A stretch of 64,000 nt of DNA from Asterias rubens (lineage: Eukaryota): the NCBI RefSeq assembly GCF_902459465.1, contig NC_047066.1, positions 8,122,001-8,186,000 on the forward strand, written 5' to 3'. This document shows, piece by piece, positions 13,503-27,006 of the stretch. Each line of letters starts with the position of its first letter. Position 1 is the first letter of the stretch. The position numbers and the translations under genes were made by a program. A model generated the notes under the pieces. It saw only the letters and a list, made by a program, of their open reading frames with translations. It had not been told where the DNA came from and searched no databases.

Positions 13503-15723
13503 CTGGAGCTGGAGCCTAAGTTGAGGTTTGGAAAAGGCCTACATGTACAATTTAAGGCTGGATCAGAAACAAAATAAGAAAGTAGTCTGGCCCCCTTTCA
13601 AAGACACCCCAAACTAGAACTATCATTGTCTCTTTGGGTATAGGGACCCCAACAAAAACAACCGTGGTGTGATAAATAAGTCTATTGTCATAATTTATTC
13701 ATCCTGTGAGCTTTAAGTGGCTCAACCAGAAGAGGTGACAGCTTGACTGTGTAGTCTCCGTTCCACATTGATTCAATGGGATTCCTTAACAAGATTATCA
13801 ATTTTCATATTTACGACTATGTACAACGCCCTTAGTAGGATGTTAAGCACCATAAATATGGGCCCCTGTCAGCGCGGCCTGTATTTTAAATGCCTTATGT
13901 TGGATAGGATTTTTATTCAATTACTTCTTAGCGTTTGGGGAAGTTGTTGTTGTTGTTGTATTTTGGTGGTGGGTGGGGTTTGTTTGGTCATCTGAAATTG
14001 ACAAACATTACATTTCAAAGACTCCTTGCAAATGGTTCACTTCCATGTGGCAGTAATTTGACACTCGGCTATTTGGACCCCAATTGGATGTACACAATTA
14101 TTATTATTTAACATCAAAATTGCAGCAAACAGCTGAATTACAATGGTATTAACTGAATTAAAAGATGATAAAAATCGAACAAAGTGACTGTACATAATGA
14201 CATGTTAACGTATGTAGGTACGTTTGCTTTGGAATACCGGACCTTTCCTATGGAATAATGCAAATTGCACATCACGCATGCTCACAAACGCGAGTGATTT
14301 GGACTTGTTGACCCTTTACACACTTGTTTATACTGACCCTGTCAAACTCCTGGGCTTTAGATAATTTTTACAGGGAAAGAGTCGCTTCTGCTTAGGTGTA
14401 GGGGTACAGCAAGCCTTAAAGTAACCCACGACACCCACAGCAATTGCCAGGGTGCCCTGTGCTGTTGCTGTGGTGCCCTCATAGAAGTGCCCCTTACCCG
14501 AGGAACATTGCTGTGCCCCTTTAAGAGTGAAGTTCAAGACCTTGGTAAAGGGAACAACCCCATGGAATAGCACACTCTACTCCCATGGTTTCCCTTGCGA
14601 TTTAGTACTTGATTATAAAGTTCAATAAACATTGGAAATCTCGTAAAGTCCAGGAAATAGCCTTTGAAGACACAACACACCGGTATGGCTTGTTTTGATA
14701 GCGCCCCAATCAAAATAAGCCTATTATGAACACACACAGTATTCTTGACATCAGGACATCAGTAGTTCCCCCCCCATAACAACACCCCCCCCCCTGTTTT
14801 ATCAGCTAAAACATGGCCACCAAATTTGATAACAATTTTACAGGTAGTTCTTGTCCTTTGTGTTTATTGCAAATAGGCTCTGGATACCCTCTTTACTACA
14901 GAACAATGAATATGACTTCTAGCAATTACAAATAATAATCTTTTTTTCTTCACTTAAATTGCTCTAAAATTGTATATTGAGAACCTGAAATTTGGAGGAT
15001 ACAAATGCCTGTGACTAATGTAATTTATACAAACTGGACTTGTGTTGTGCATCTCTACATGTCCATACATATAGTGTACACACACTGACACTACAAACTG
15101 TGCAGCATAAATTTGCGCGGACAGGCTGTAAGGGTACATGTGCACTGGAGCCGTATAGTATACATAAAAACTGAGCCGTGTGTCATTGAGTTATGTTACA
15201 CTGTGTGCCATCCATGATGACTAATTATGAAATCATTGCTGAATCACTTTAATGTATGGACATTTTTAAAGGCCCCGGCGCATTTGCATAATGCAGGTTT
15301 TTTTTTTGCTTTTCTTCTGCTGTGTGTTGCTCACATGTATATGCGTGAATTTAAAGATACCATGTAGGCCTCTTTTTCATTTGATTCAAGTACTTTTATA
15401 TACATTACATAGTGTACACTGTGCATAATGTAAACTTTGCCCCATGCATTTACATGTAAGCACTGCATGTACACACACGCTGAAAATAATTGTTAGGGCT
15501 AGGAACGTATTGTCTTTGTTTTTGTTTTTTGGGTGGGGGGAGAGGGTATACACAAGACCACAGGCTCGTTATAGATATTTTTGTTTTAATGGACCAGAAT
15601 TCTCTTTACAATTACCAGAATTGACATAGGGAAAATAAAATAGCCACGCAGTTTAACATTTGAATCTGTTTTAATTTGAATATTAAAAGCACTAAAAGAA
15701 GATTTGTTTTATGGGTTTTACAT

Positions 15724-15905
15724 TTTTTTTAAAACCAGATTGGGGCCTGCGATCCGTAGTGTGGGCAGAAAACCCCAACTGGGGGGAAAACCCACGCAGT
15801 CAGGGAGGGACTGAAAAGCCAATCCACACGCAAGGCTGGGGTGCGGGGCCCTGGGATCCACAGAGGTAAAATGCGGGAAGAAAAAACACTCAGATAATCT
15901 GAATC
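15724..15905 (-). mobile_element. Probable SINE in reverse orientation
   Basis: aaaacccacgcagtcagggagggactgaaaagccaatccaca...ggatccacagaggt: GC-rich island with a SINE-like layout (recalled, not verified). Confidence 0.5.
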
Positions 15906-17715
15906 ATAAAGGCCTTTCCCCTAAGCTACATGTAGTAAACTTTTGGTTTTACCTGCCCAGGTAAATTTTAGTAGCCAGGCTTTAAAAGACAGACGTTCAC
16001 ACAGTCAAAAATAAATTGACACATTTTAAAAATTAATGGAATTTAATATGAGTATTTAAAAAAGTAAATTTATGTAGGTTGCACAGTTTGTAGTGGCACA
16101 CAGGGCAAGTTGTAAAGTGGCTGCAAGAAAGAAAAAAAAACCAGTCTGGTTCCTTTCTCAATGCAATGAATACTAACATTCATTATTGTTAATTGGATAC
16201 AGGGAACATGACCAAAGTGGTGGCAGCAGGTAATTTTAAATCATTTAGCTGGGTGCATTTTCCTACAATGTGTATTCAGTGCTTCGTACAGGGTACACAT
16301 TGCAGGCCACAATTCACATTTCAATGGGAGACTTTTGAGACGCTGGCGGCAGCAGACATAACGGTCCTTTATTGCGGTTCAGTATTGTGCGCGCAGGTCT
16401 GAGCTTGCGCACTAACTGGCGAGAACTGTGCAAATGGACCTTCCAAAAGTCTCCCATCAGGTACATTTCAACAGCCATGGTTTATTACATGATTGTAACT
16501 GTAGGCAATTTTAACTATGACTCCACATCCACTATCAGCAGGAAACTGGAGCGTCAAGACAAAATATACAAATTCCTTTTGGTTACCCACTATCCCTCAT
16601 CGCTGGATACAGAGCAAACCCACCCCCTTGCCTTTTACTGATCTAATAACTTAGTCACGAGGGGAGGTAGGGAAGACTAGAAATCTATTGATGTTGCCAC
16701 CAGCGCTGAGTGAAGTCATGGGCTGATTAATAATATCGATTGTTATCGGCGGGACTCTGTTCAAATGCCCCCTTGACAAAGCAGGGAGCGTATAGGGATA
16801 TAGTATGCAACATTATGCACTGCTCTCTCTCTGCGTGCGTGTGTGTGTACACATTGATATCTCTGCAACTGTGCATTACAGTGTGCTAATGTTTCAGAAT
16901 TGATTTTCTGTCAACTGGAAAATATATATACATTACCATGAGCTCCCTATTTCTTCATTTCATTTTGGCACTGTGGTTTATAACTCGATATTCATTTGAC
17001 CCGAGTTATATTTTATTATTAATATACCATGCACACAATTCCTTGTCATTTGATTGGTGGAACATGCATCACGTGTCATCCATTATTTTGTCTTGTGTTT
17101 ACAGCAGTGTCGCAACAATGCTCTCAAATTCAATATTGGAGCCCAAAATGGATAATTATTGGATGCTCGGTAGTGTTGTTTTCAGACTTGAATCGTTCCT
17201 TGCACATTTGTCCAAATGAAGCAATGTTGTATTAGGGCGGGGGGAGGTTTGTCCACAATCCACATGAAATCATCGATGCTGTTTAAAATGTTGTCAATAC
17301 AATTTTCGAGTGTTGGATGGGCAGGTTTCCCTGTATGTTTTGTATTTATTTTGAACAAAATTTCATGCATTGGCCCATAATATCACCACTTGTATTGGTG
17401 AAATCTGGCTTGTTCATTTCAATCTGCTAAGTTTACACCTCGTGTAACGAAATAGTCGCATATTTCACTTTGTGAAGTATGTGACAGTCATGACAGTGCA
17501 CTCACATGCATCCAATATTTGTATAATATAATTTGTAACTGTTTGCTCGTTGTACATCAAAATTTGCAAAATGGTTTTAATGTACAACAATAACATCCTC
17601 GTGATTGATGTTGTACCGTCTTTACCACTGTTCCTTATTTGAGTTATGATTTTGTTCTTTCTTCTGTTCATGGTGTCACTGACAAAGTTTCCTTCCTGCA
17701 ACTTAAGTTACTTAA

Positions 17716-18098
17716 AGGCAGTGGACACTATTGGTAATTGTCAAAGACTAGCCTTCACATACAGTTGGTGTATCTCAACACATGCATAAAATAATAGACC
17801 TGTGAAAATTTGAGCTCAATCGGTCATCAAAGTTGCGAGATAATAATGAAAGAAGAAAACACTCTTGTCACACGAAGTTGTGTGCGTTTAGATGGTTGAT
17901 TTCGAGACCTCAAGTTCTAAACTTGAGGTCTCGAAATCAAATTCGTGGAAAATTACTTCTTTCTCCAAAACTATGGCACTTCAGAGGGAGCTGTTTCTTA
18001 CAATGTTTTATACCACCAACCTCTCCCCATTACTTGTCACCAAGAAAGGTTTTATGCTAATAATTATTTTGAGTAATTACCAATAGTGTCCACTGCCT
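17716..18098. mobile_element. TTAA-target (Kolobok/T2-type) MITE, family A
   Basis: TTAA|AGGCAGTGGACACTATTGGTAATT...AATTACCAATAGTGTCCACTGCCT|TTAA. Confidence 0.9.
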
Positions 18099-20440
18099 TT
18101 AAACATACATGTATTTTATTCATACTGAAAATGTGAACATAACTTCCTCTCAAAAGCCCTTGTGAAACTCTGCCTTTTTGCCCAGCGTGGCACTGATCAA
18201 AAAGTGAGATTTTTTTCCTTCATACTAAAAACTTTTTTTTTTTATAGTTATACATGATTAAATGTAACCATTGTTTTTGAAAGGGCAAGGGCACCAATGC
18301 ATTTTTCCTTGGTAAAGGGCACCCTTCATGTACTGTATTAGGACATTTTAAATTGCTACTGTAGTATTTCAAAGGCACCAAGGCAATGACCTGTGGGCAT
18401 TCAGGCAATCGCCTTCGTTGCCTCGTTGAAGTTTCAGGCCTTTATGACACACTGGTTTACCTATCTATTATAAAAAAACAAAAATATTAATTTCCTTCCA
18501 GTTGATCTCTAATGTAAGTGATATCACATGTACATGTAACTCAAATCTTTTCTATCCGCTTTCATGACTGACTCGCCCTGGTTTTTCATTGACTTACTAC
18601 ATGTACATGTTGTATGACGTAAAATAAACCAAATTTATCTATTTACTCATTTTTCCTTGATAATTAACATAAATTTTACATGTTTTTATAGTATTTGCAG
18701 TAATTGTGAATTATTTCTGAGGGTATGTAAGGTCTGTATGCTTAATTTTTGAACAAAGGGCAAGGGCACCAAGGCATTTTCTCCTTGGTAAAGGGCACCC
18801 TTTGAAGAAATTGTAAATTTTTACTGTCAGAGCATTTCAAGGGCACCAAGCAATGACCAGGGGGCATCGGGGCAATCGCCTCTGTAAAATACTTTTCCAC
18901 AAAAATTTACAAAAGCAAGGAAGATGTGATGAAAATCTGCACAAGGTCATCCACTACAGTGAATGAAAAATGAAAATAGCAACAGATTTATAACCATCAC
19001 TATCATTGCTTATTACCTGGCATATGGCCAAGTGTAATTCAATGTCCCCCCCCCCCTTCCATCCATCCATCCACTATCTTTACTTAATTAGAATAATTAA
19101 TCAAGGCTACTACTCCGGAGTCTTGACTCAAAAAGCCGTTACCAGTTATTAACAGAGAATGACTGCATTTTTTTCTAATGATTCCACGAACATCAACGGC
19201 TAATTGAGGCATTCTCGATTGTGTTGTCATTTTATTTGTCACTCGGAAATTAATAAGGGTCCCTTCTTTTTGTTCTTCCCTTTCCCCCAAGCCTTGGTGC
19301 CCTTGAAATGCTACAGTAGAACATTAAAATGTCCTCAAAATAGTGTGCTCTCCGAGGAGAAATTTTTTTGGTGTTGGTGCCCTTGCCCTTTGAAAATCAA
19401 AGCATACAAGCCTGCTCCCTCTTTATTTTTTCGTGGTGGGACAGACCTGACTAACAGCTCTTAAAAGCAAGTGACTCCTGTGTCTTTAGTTAAACTGAAA
19501 ACAATTGGCTCAACTCTGGGGCCACTTAAGACTAAATCCCATCAGTGGAGAGGTGCGTAGAACATCCCAGATGGTCTGATGGCGGACTTTTTAACACGGA
19601 CGTTATTTTTTAAGCTGTTCTAAAATAGAAGCTACTCAGCCAGGGCCCGATTTCATAAAGCTGTTTTTAAGCAAAAAATACTGCTTGACAAATATCTTTG
19701 CTGAGCAAAAATTGAGTTGGCACCAGCCACCAGTCTCAACAATGTGAGCTTAATGTAATTTTGGCTGGTAACCAAGAGCAGGGGTCATCCATAGAAACGA
19801 GAGTCAAGAAAAATATATATCGGTTGTAAAAAATCCCCCCCCCTCCTTTTTTATATATTAGGTTTTCCTTTTTTTAATCAATTTCGAAGAAATACAAATC
19901 CCCATTGAAAAGGACTACGACAGTGGCAAGTTTGATGTACAGAAAAAAAGAATTGCCCACATAGGCTTTATTACATGAACTAGTATGTAAGTACATGTAT
20001 AGCAGAAAATACATTAGAATATAGGAATGTGTACATGTATGCAGGAACCAGCTTTAGTAACATGATTGATAGTTGTTATTTTTTATGGCAATCCAGCGCC
20101 AAGTGATTACTCCATGAATCGCGTGACAATTACAGGAACATGAATTTTTAATCCATTTACATACGCACCTACCATACTATATCATTATTTCGCCGTCCGA
20201 CCTTCAATTATAATAACATACATATTAATATGTATACAGCCTTTACGGGGGTAATTAAAAACGCAGGCGATCTGCGACGCTGATCAATTTGGGAATGACC
20301 AAGAGTTTATGGTTTTTGTAATAACAGAAACAGACGTTCGTCAAAATTCCCAAATCAATTTGCGAATGCATCTAGACTGGGACATTATGTGGGTATGTGC
20401 TGTATTTACTGTCCAGTCATCAATTTACACAGATTGTTAT

Positions 20441-20825
20441 AGGAACACGTTGCCTTGGATCGGACGAGTTGGTCTTTGAAAAGCGTTTGTAACCGTTTGT
20501 TATAAAATGCATATTATTAGAAAGATATTTTAAAAGTAGAATATAATGATCCGCATAGTGTCACTCGAAATTGCGTGGTTTTCCTTTTACCTCGTCGACT
20601 AACATGGTCGGGTACTTATGGGAGTCAAATCTTTGACTCCCATAAATGGCCGACCGTGTTAGGTCGCAAAGTAAAAGGAAAAACCACACAATTTCGAGAC
20701 ATGTTTGTGGGGATCATCATTGGAATTTACTTTTAAAACATCTTTCAAACAATATGCATTTTATAACAGACGGTTACAAATGCTTTTCAAAGACCAACTC
20801 GACCGATCCAAGGCAACGTGTTCCT
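20441..20825. mobile_element. TTAA-target MITE family F (partial copy at ~29110-29445)
   Basis: TIR AGGAACACGTTGCCTTGGATCGG; flanks TTAT/TTAA. Confidence 0.85.
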
Positions 20826-20995
20826 TTAATGAAAAACACAATTGACAGTCGCCAACGGGGACATTTCTAATATGGAACGTGCATGTAAATATCGTTTTTG
20901 TATTTTGTTTTCTTTCAGTCTGTCGTACGTTGTACATGTAGACCTAGTTTCCTAAGAATGATCTCCATATTTCTTCATTCCATTTTACCTTTTAA

Positions 20996-21710
20996 AGGAA
21001 CATTACAGAATTGTTTTTTCTAACCAAACAGTTGCTGGTAGTGTAAGTACTTTATGTAATCCACCATATACATAAACTGACAAACCTATAGAAGTTTGAG
21101 ATCGATCGGCCATGATATGGGTTACGAGAAAATAGTGAAAATAGACCAATTCTGTATCATTCTTTGGAGAAAAACAATTTTTTTGAACACCCAGCAGGGT
21201 GGATATGTGCGCATTACAAGTCTTATTATTATCGCTTTTATAAAATATGCACAAATGATTAAAAGCTTTCAAGTTGTCAATTTGTCCATGTTTTAAAGCA
21301 CATGTGTAACATTTGTAATTGTAAAAGACCAGTATCCACACTTGATGAGACCAAATTAATATTTCACATGAAATAACAAAAATGTGAAAGTTTAGACTCA
21401 ATCAGTCATGGGAGTCAACTTGAATGTTTTCAAACATTTGAGTTTTGGACTTGCAAGATCAAAACTAATTGTTTTACTCATTTCTATAAAACTATTGCAT
21501 TTCAAGCAAAAATATTTTAAGGGAGTTTCCCAAAATTACCATTGATCTTTATACCATTTATTTTTAATCTTACCAATGTAATGCACGACCTTTTAAAAAA
21601 GTTACAAAAACAGAATTGTTCAGGATAAAAAGATGTTTTGTCAGCTCTACTAATCCTCATAATACCTTTAAATGATTGTTTAGGTGATGGGGGGGGGGGA
21701 TAATGTCCCT
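20996..21710. mobile_element. TTAA-target MITE family G (~715 bp)
   Basis: TTAA|AGGAACATTA...TAATGTCCCT|TTAA; the right end could instead be at 21667. Confidence 0.6.
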
Positions 21711-22430
21711 TTAAAGCGATGTGGATTCTTGACCCATTTCTCGATATTACCATTCACGGCATGAACTCTTGAAAATGATAATTCTGTCTCTTTCAGGATA
21801 TGCATGGCTTGAGTAAAGTGCATCTTATTCCAGTGTGACCCAATCATTCATAAACACGCACACTGTACAAGCGAGTTAAAGTGAAGGTTGTCGTATAAGT
21901 GCACGCCTGGCACTTAACAGAGGCAGCAGAGGCAATAACCTCCATTGCCCTGGTAGTAGACCTTTAGCATTCTGCCACCATTTTGGTCATGTTTCTTGTA
22001 ACCAACAGCATTAATTGATATTAATGTAATCATTGTACAAAAAGGAACCAGACTATTTCTCCTACTGGCCTTGTTTTTTGTTAAATTTGTTTAATTGCGA
22101 GCAAATCAAGAAGACTGGATCTTGGTGAAGGTCTTATTTCCTTTGTGCCCTTGAAGTGTTCCAGTAGAAATTAAAAGCCACATTGTAGGGTTTACGTTAG
22201 TAATGACCCCTAAACCATGGTGTATTTTTTGTCAAATCCCTCCTTGTTATAAAGATGGTTACAATAGTAAGCATCATGTGAAACTCTTTTGGCCAGAAGT
22301 GCCCCTGTTTTAAAGTTACATTTCAATAAAAGTGTGTCGAAAAAGGCAATCACTGGAGATTCAAATGTCCATGGTGTCAGTTTTTTTGGATGTTGCGGTT
22401 GGTACCCACTGTATGTCCCCTCACCATTAA

Positions 22431-22798
22431 AGGGTCTGAGTACTTTTTGTAGGACAAAAAAACACAATGTCCACAGATTTACATTAAACTTACACAGTTT
22501 GAAGATAATGATGGTAGGAAATTTCCCTGAAAATATTACTTGCTGAGGTGCTGTAGTTTTTGAGAAATGAGTAAAACAATGTCTTGAAAATAGTTTTTGT
22601 CTCAGTGATCGATCGTGAGACGGAAATTATTTTAGCATGTAACATTCATGACATTGTTTTACTTATTTCTCAAAAACTACAGCAACTTAGCAATTAATAT
22701 TTTGACGAACGCTTTTTACTATCATTATCTTCAAACAATGTAAGTTTAATGTAAATCTGTGACATTGTGTTTTGTGTTACAAAAAGTACCCAAATCTT
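22431..22798. mobile_element. TTAA-target MITE family H
   Basis: TTAA|AGGGTCTGAGTACTTTTTGTA...TACAAAAAGTACCCAAATCTT|TTAA. Confidence 0.8.
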
Positions 22799-23647
22799 TT
22801 AAACGAGGATGGATTTGATGTTCTTGATGAAAATACAGTGACAATTTCCCCCCTGTTATCTCAACGAGCAGACACTGTATCCAGCTAAAACTTTTGTAAT
22901 GACTTTTATTATCTGTCTTGATATTGTGATATATAAATTAGCATAATGTTGCTATAAACCGAACAGACGATTCCAGAGATGCCAAGTGTTCTGGTTTTTA
23001 TTTAAATTTTGTCTTAAAACATAAGTTGGTAAAAGTCTGGCATTTTGTCTACAGTAAAATTTGTGGTTATTTTATTTTCTATTTTTTTCCCCGGTCTGGC
23101 CCCATTGCGTGAGCAAATGGTTGCGGCGCGTGAGACAGACCCCAAATGCTGAGTCTCTTGCCTAATGCGTGAGACTTGGTAGGTCTGCGATTCGACCTTT
23201 ATTATGAGATTAATTGCTCATGTTTCAGGATAAATTGTCTAAGTGATTTGAAGTTTGTGGATTGAGGTTGTTCTATCCTCATAATTGCTCTAAATTTAAA
23301 TTAATAAGTTTTAAAAAACAATGTCTGGTACATGCGGAGTACATTGTAATTAAACTAAAGCTAGACTTAATTAGCATACATGTGTAAACACCATTGCTGG
23401 TTTTTTTGTATACTGTCTCTGTCAATTGCAATTGTATCACATACATGTACCCTTTGATACATTGACATCTTAGATTGATGACTAATACTATTGCAACATT
23501 GCTCATACTGCAACAATCTGAAAGCGGTGAACACGTTTGGTAATTACTCAAAAGACACATTCATAAATACCTCAGACAGTTTCGCTATTCCTATATAAAA
23601 ACATGGGCGTGACACGCGAGCTTGCACCTGTGATAATAAGACAGTTT

Positions 23648-25190
23648 CTTCATTCCTATTGGTCGAGAGGTAAAATTATCAAGAACCAGGCCTTGTTGGG
23701 TTTAAACCACTAGTTGAAAACCTCTTCACCACTCATTGATTCCCTTAGTTAACGAGCAATGGAGAGCTGTTGATAGTATAAAACATTGTGAGAAACAACT
23801 CCCTCTGAAGTACAAAATGTAAAATATTATTTTAGAAAAAAAAGAGATAATATCTCACTAAAATATCTGAGAAAAAAATTCAGGGCAGCCTTTCTCAGGC
23901 ATCTGAAAGCACAACAATTTGTACGCAAGTTTTTTTTTCTTCCCATTATTTTCTTGCAACTTATATGACCAATTCAGCCAAAATTTTCACAGATTATTGA
24001 ATGCATACTGTACGTTGGGATACACCAATGGGGAACAGTGGTCTTTGACAATTACCAAACAAGTCCAGGGGTCAATTTCACAAAGAGTTAGGACTAGTCC
24101 TAACTTAGGACTAGTCCTAGGAGATATTAAAAACGTCAGGCTAGTCCTAAGTTAGGACGAGTAACTTGTCCTAACTCTAGATAAGACTAGTTTTAACTCT
24201 TTGTGAAATCCACCCCAGGGCCTTAAAAGTCCCAAATCCTATTCCTGAAAGTAGCCTTATGGTACGCAAAGCCCAAATAATAGTTTGCATATCAAAGTCC
24301 AACATTTTAGCTTTTGAGTTATAATAGAGCGGAGCCTGTTGGAAGAACTCAAGACACATGTTTCATGGCACAGACACTGAAAATAAGAAAAAAAGAATGG
24401 TTTGATACGTTGAATAGCCTTCATTCCTATTGGTCGAGAGGTAAAATTATCAAGAACCAGGCCTTGTTGGGTTTAAACCACTAGTTGAAAACCTCTTCAC
24501 CACTCATTGATTCCCTTAGTTAACGAGCAATGGAGAGCTGTTGATAGTATAAAACATTGTGAGAAACAACTCCCTCTGAAGTACAAAATGTAAAATATTA
24601 TTTTAGAAAAAAAAGAGATAATATCTCACTAAAATATCTGAGAAAAAAATTCAGGGCAGCCTTTCTCAGGCATCTGAAAGCACAACAATTTGTACGCAAG
24701 TTTTTTTTTCTTCCCATTATTTTCTTGCAACTTATATGACCAATTCAGCCAAAATTTTCACAGATTATTGAATGCATACTGTACGTTGGGATACACCAAT
24801 GGGGAACAGTGGTCTTTGACAATTACCAAACAAGTCCAGGGGTCAATTTCACAAAGAGTTAGGACTAGTCCTAACTTAGGACTAGTCCTAGGAGATATTA
24901 AAAACGTCAGGCTAGTCCTAAGTTAGGACGAGTAACTTGTCCTAACTCTAGATAAGACTAGTTTTAACTCTTTGTGAAATCCACCCCAGGGCCTTAAAAG
25001 TCCCAAATCCTATTCCTGAAAGTAGCCTTATGGTACGCAAAGCCCAAATAATAGTTTGCATATCAAAGTCCAACATTTTAGCTTTTAAGTTATAATAGAG
25101 CGGAGCCTGTTGGAAGAACTCAAGACACATGTTTCATGGCACAGACACTGAAAATAAGAAAAAAAGAATGGTTTGATACGTTGAATAGCC
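23648..25190. repeat. Near-perfect 771-bp tandem duplication
   Basis: ORFs 23919/24690 and 24177/24948 are offset by exactly 771; only one substitution seen (ttttgagtt vs ttttaagtt). Confidence 0.95.
24069..24215. mobile_element. Harbinger-type palindromic MITE family E (duplicate 24840-24986; another at 53551-53717)
   Basis: CAG TSD; TIR GGGTCAATTTCACAAAGAGTTA; internal ttaggactagtcctaa repeats. Confidence 0.85.
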
Positions 25191-26606
25191 GCCGCCCCCC
25201 CCCCCCCCTCCCCAAACCTCCCACCACGACCGAAATTATACCTCTGTCCCTGCCGTTTCCCACACATTACTTATTATGATACAGAAGTTATTGGAAGTTA
25301 TTTCAGAAATGGATTCTAATTTTGATAAAATTTAAATGGACCATTCTATTTCCCCCTTCAGCCTCATTTTGGTTTGCAAGATGGCTACACTAAAGATAAA
25401 AGTCTACTGGTAGGAAAATCCCAGCCCAACCCAAATCCAATTTTTATGAGCCACTGACCGTAATTTTCAGTTTATAATTACTGGTGATGCCACAAAGGTA
25501 TTCACCCTTTAATGTCTTGCCTCTCTCTCTAGTAGTACATTGTACACTGGCAACTAAGCTGCATATATTCACACACAGTCTACACTCGGAGTCACACCAT
25601 AGGAATATGCATAATAGAATACCCTTGGTGCTCCGAATTAAACACACACGCATTTACACATTATGCATGCAAGGTTGCGTTTCATTGACCCAACGCTGTG
25701 CAGTCAACAGAACAAAACCCCCCCGTGTCAATTTTTCATGATCTTGAATGCGTCAGATAGTATATATGGGGACCCGCTTGCATCGTTGTAAGTCCACAAT
25801 ACCTCTTGAAGATTCCACTTAATTATATATTAAGGATTTTTTTTTTTTTTTTTTAATTATTTTTTGGAGATGCGTTTCAAATCAGTAGGGCGGCTGATGT
25901 TCTTCAAGCTTGGGGGAGATGCCCAAAATTAAAAATTAAATTTAAATTCTCACATTATTTAGCAGTTGGATTCAGCCAAACAAATGATTTCTTCAAGGTT
26001 TGGGGAGCTTCCCCCCCCCAAAAAAAAAAGTATATATATATTGTTTTTTATAAATCTAACATAAAAAAAAACTCTTCCTGTTTGACCTTTATTTGGAAAG
26101 GTTGTCAGACTCAAGATTTTTCTCAGAAACGCATTTGAGGGGCTCTATCTGTCACTTTGAATCGCCTTTTAAAGGGACTGGAAATTACGTTGATTTGTTT
26201 GACTGTCCTGTGGATGGTTAGAGAAGGTAGTTTTATAAAGAAATTTCCGTTGCAAAAATAAACAGTGAGTAGCGCTTTGTTTTATTATTGCAAAATGTTG
26301 TGATTTTTTTTTGAGAATTTATTTTACATCAAGTAATAAAACCACAATGGAAACTGACTTGGTAAATTTTTAAATAAAGAATTTTGCTTTGAGGAAATTT
26401 TTATTTCACAATTACAGACAATAACAAAAATTATTCATTGAATGTTTCTGAAAGGAAATGAAATTTTATTTTCGTCAAATCCTGGTCCAAAGTTTTCTCA
26501 AAATACGAAGAGAATGGTTGGATTAAAAATAATAATATTAATAATAAAATAGTCTTAGGGAGCTCATGTATATTTGAATAACGTAAATTCTACTAAAGGC
26601 AGTTAA

Positions 26607-27006
26607 AGACACTGGACACTAACTAATTGGTAATTGTCAAAGATCAGTCTTCTCACTTGGTGTATCTCAACATATGTACAAAACAACAAACCGGTGAAAT
26701 TTTTACTCAATTGGTCGTCGAAGTTGCCAGATAATAATGGAAGAAAAAACACCCTTGTCACACGAAGTTGTGTGCTTTCAGATGCTTGATTTTGAGTTTC
26801 AAACCTCATAATCTAATTCTGATGAGGTCTCGAAATCAAATTCAAATGTTTTAATTGAAAATTACTTCTTTCTCAAAAACTATGTTACTTCAGAGGGAGC
26901 CGTTTCTCCCAATGTTTTATACTATCAACAGCTGTTCATTGCTTGTTACCAAGTAAGTTTTTATGCTAACAACTTTTTGAGTAATTACTAATAGTGTCCA
27001 GTGCCT
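26607..27006. mobile_element. Family A TTAA MITE
   Basis: TTAA|AGACACTGGACAC...GTGTCCAGTGCCT|TTAA. Confidence 0.88.
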
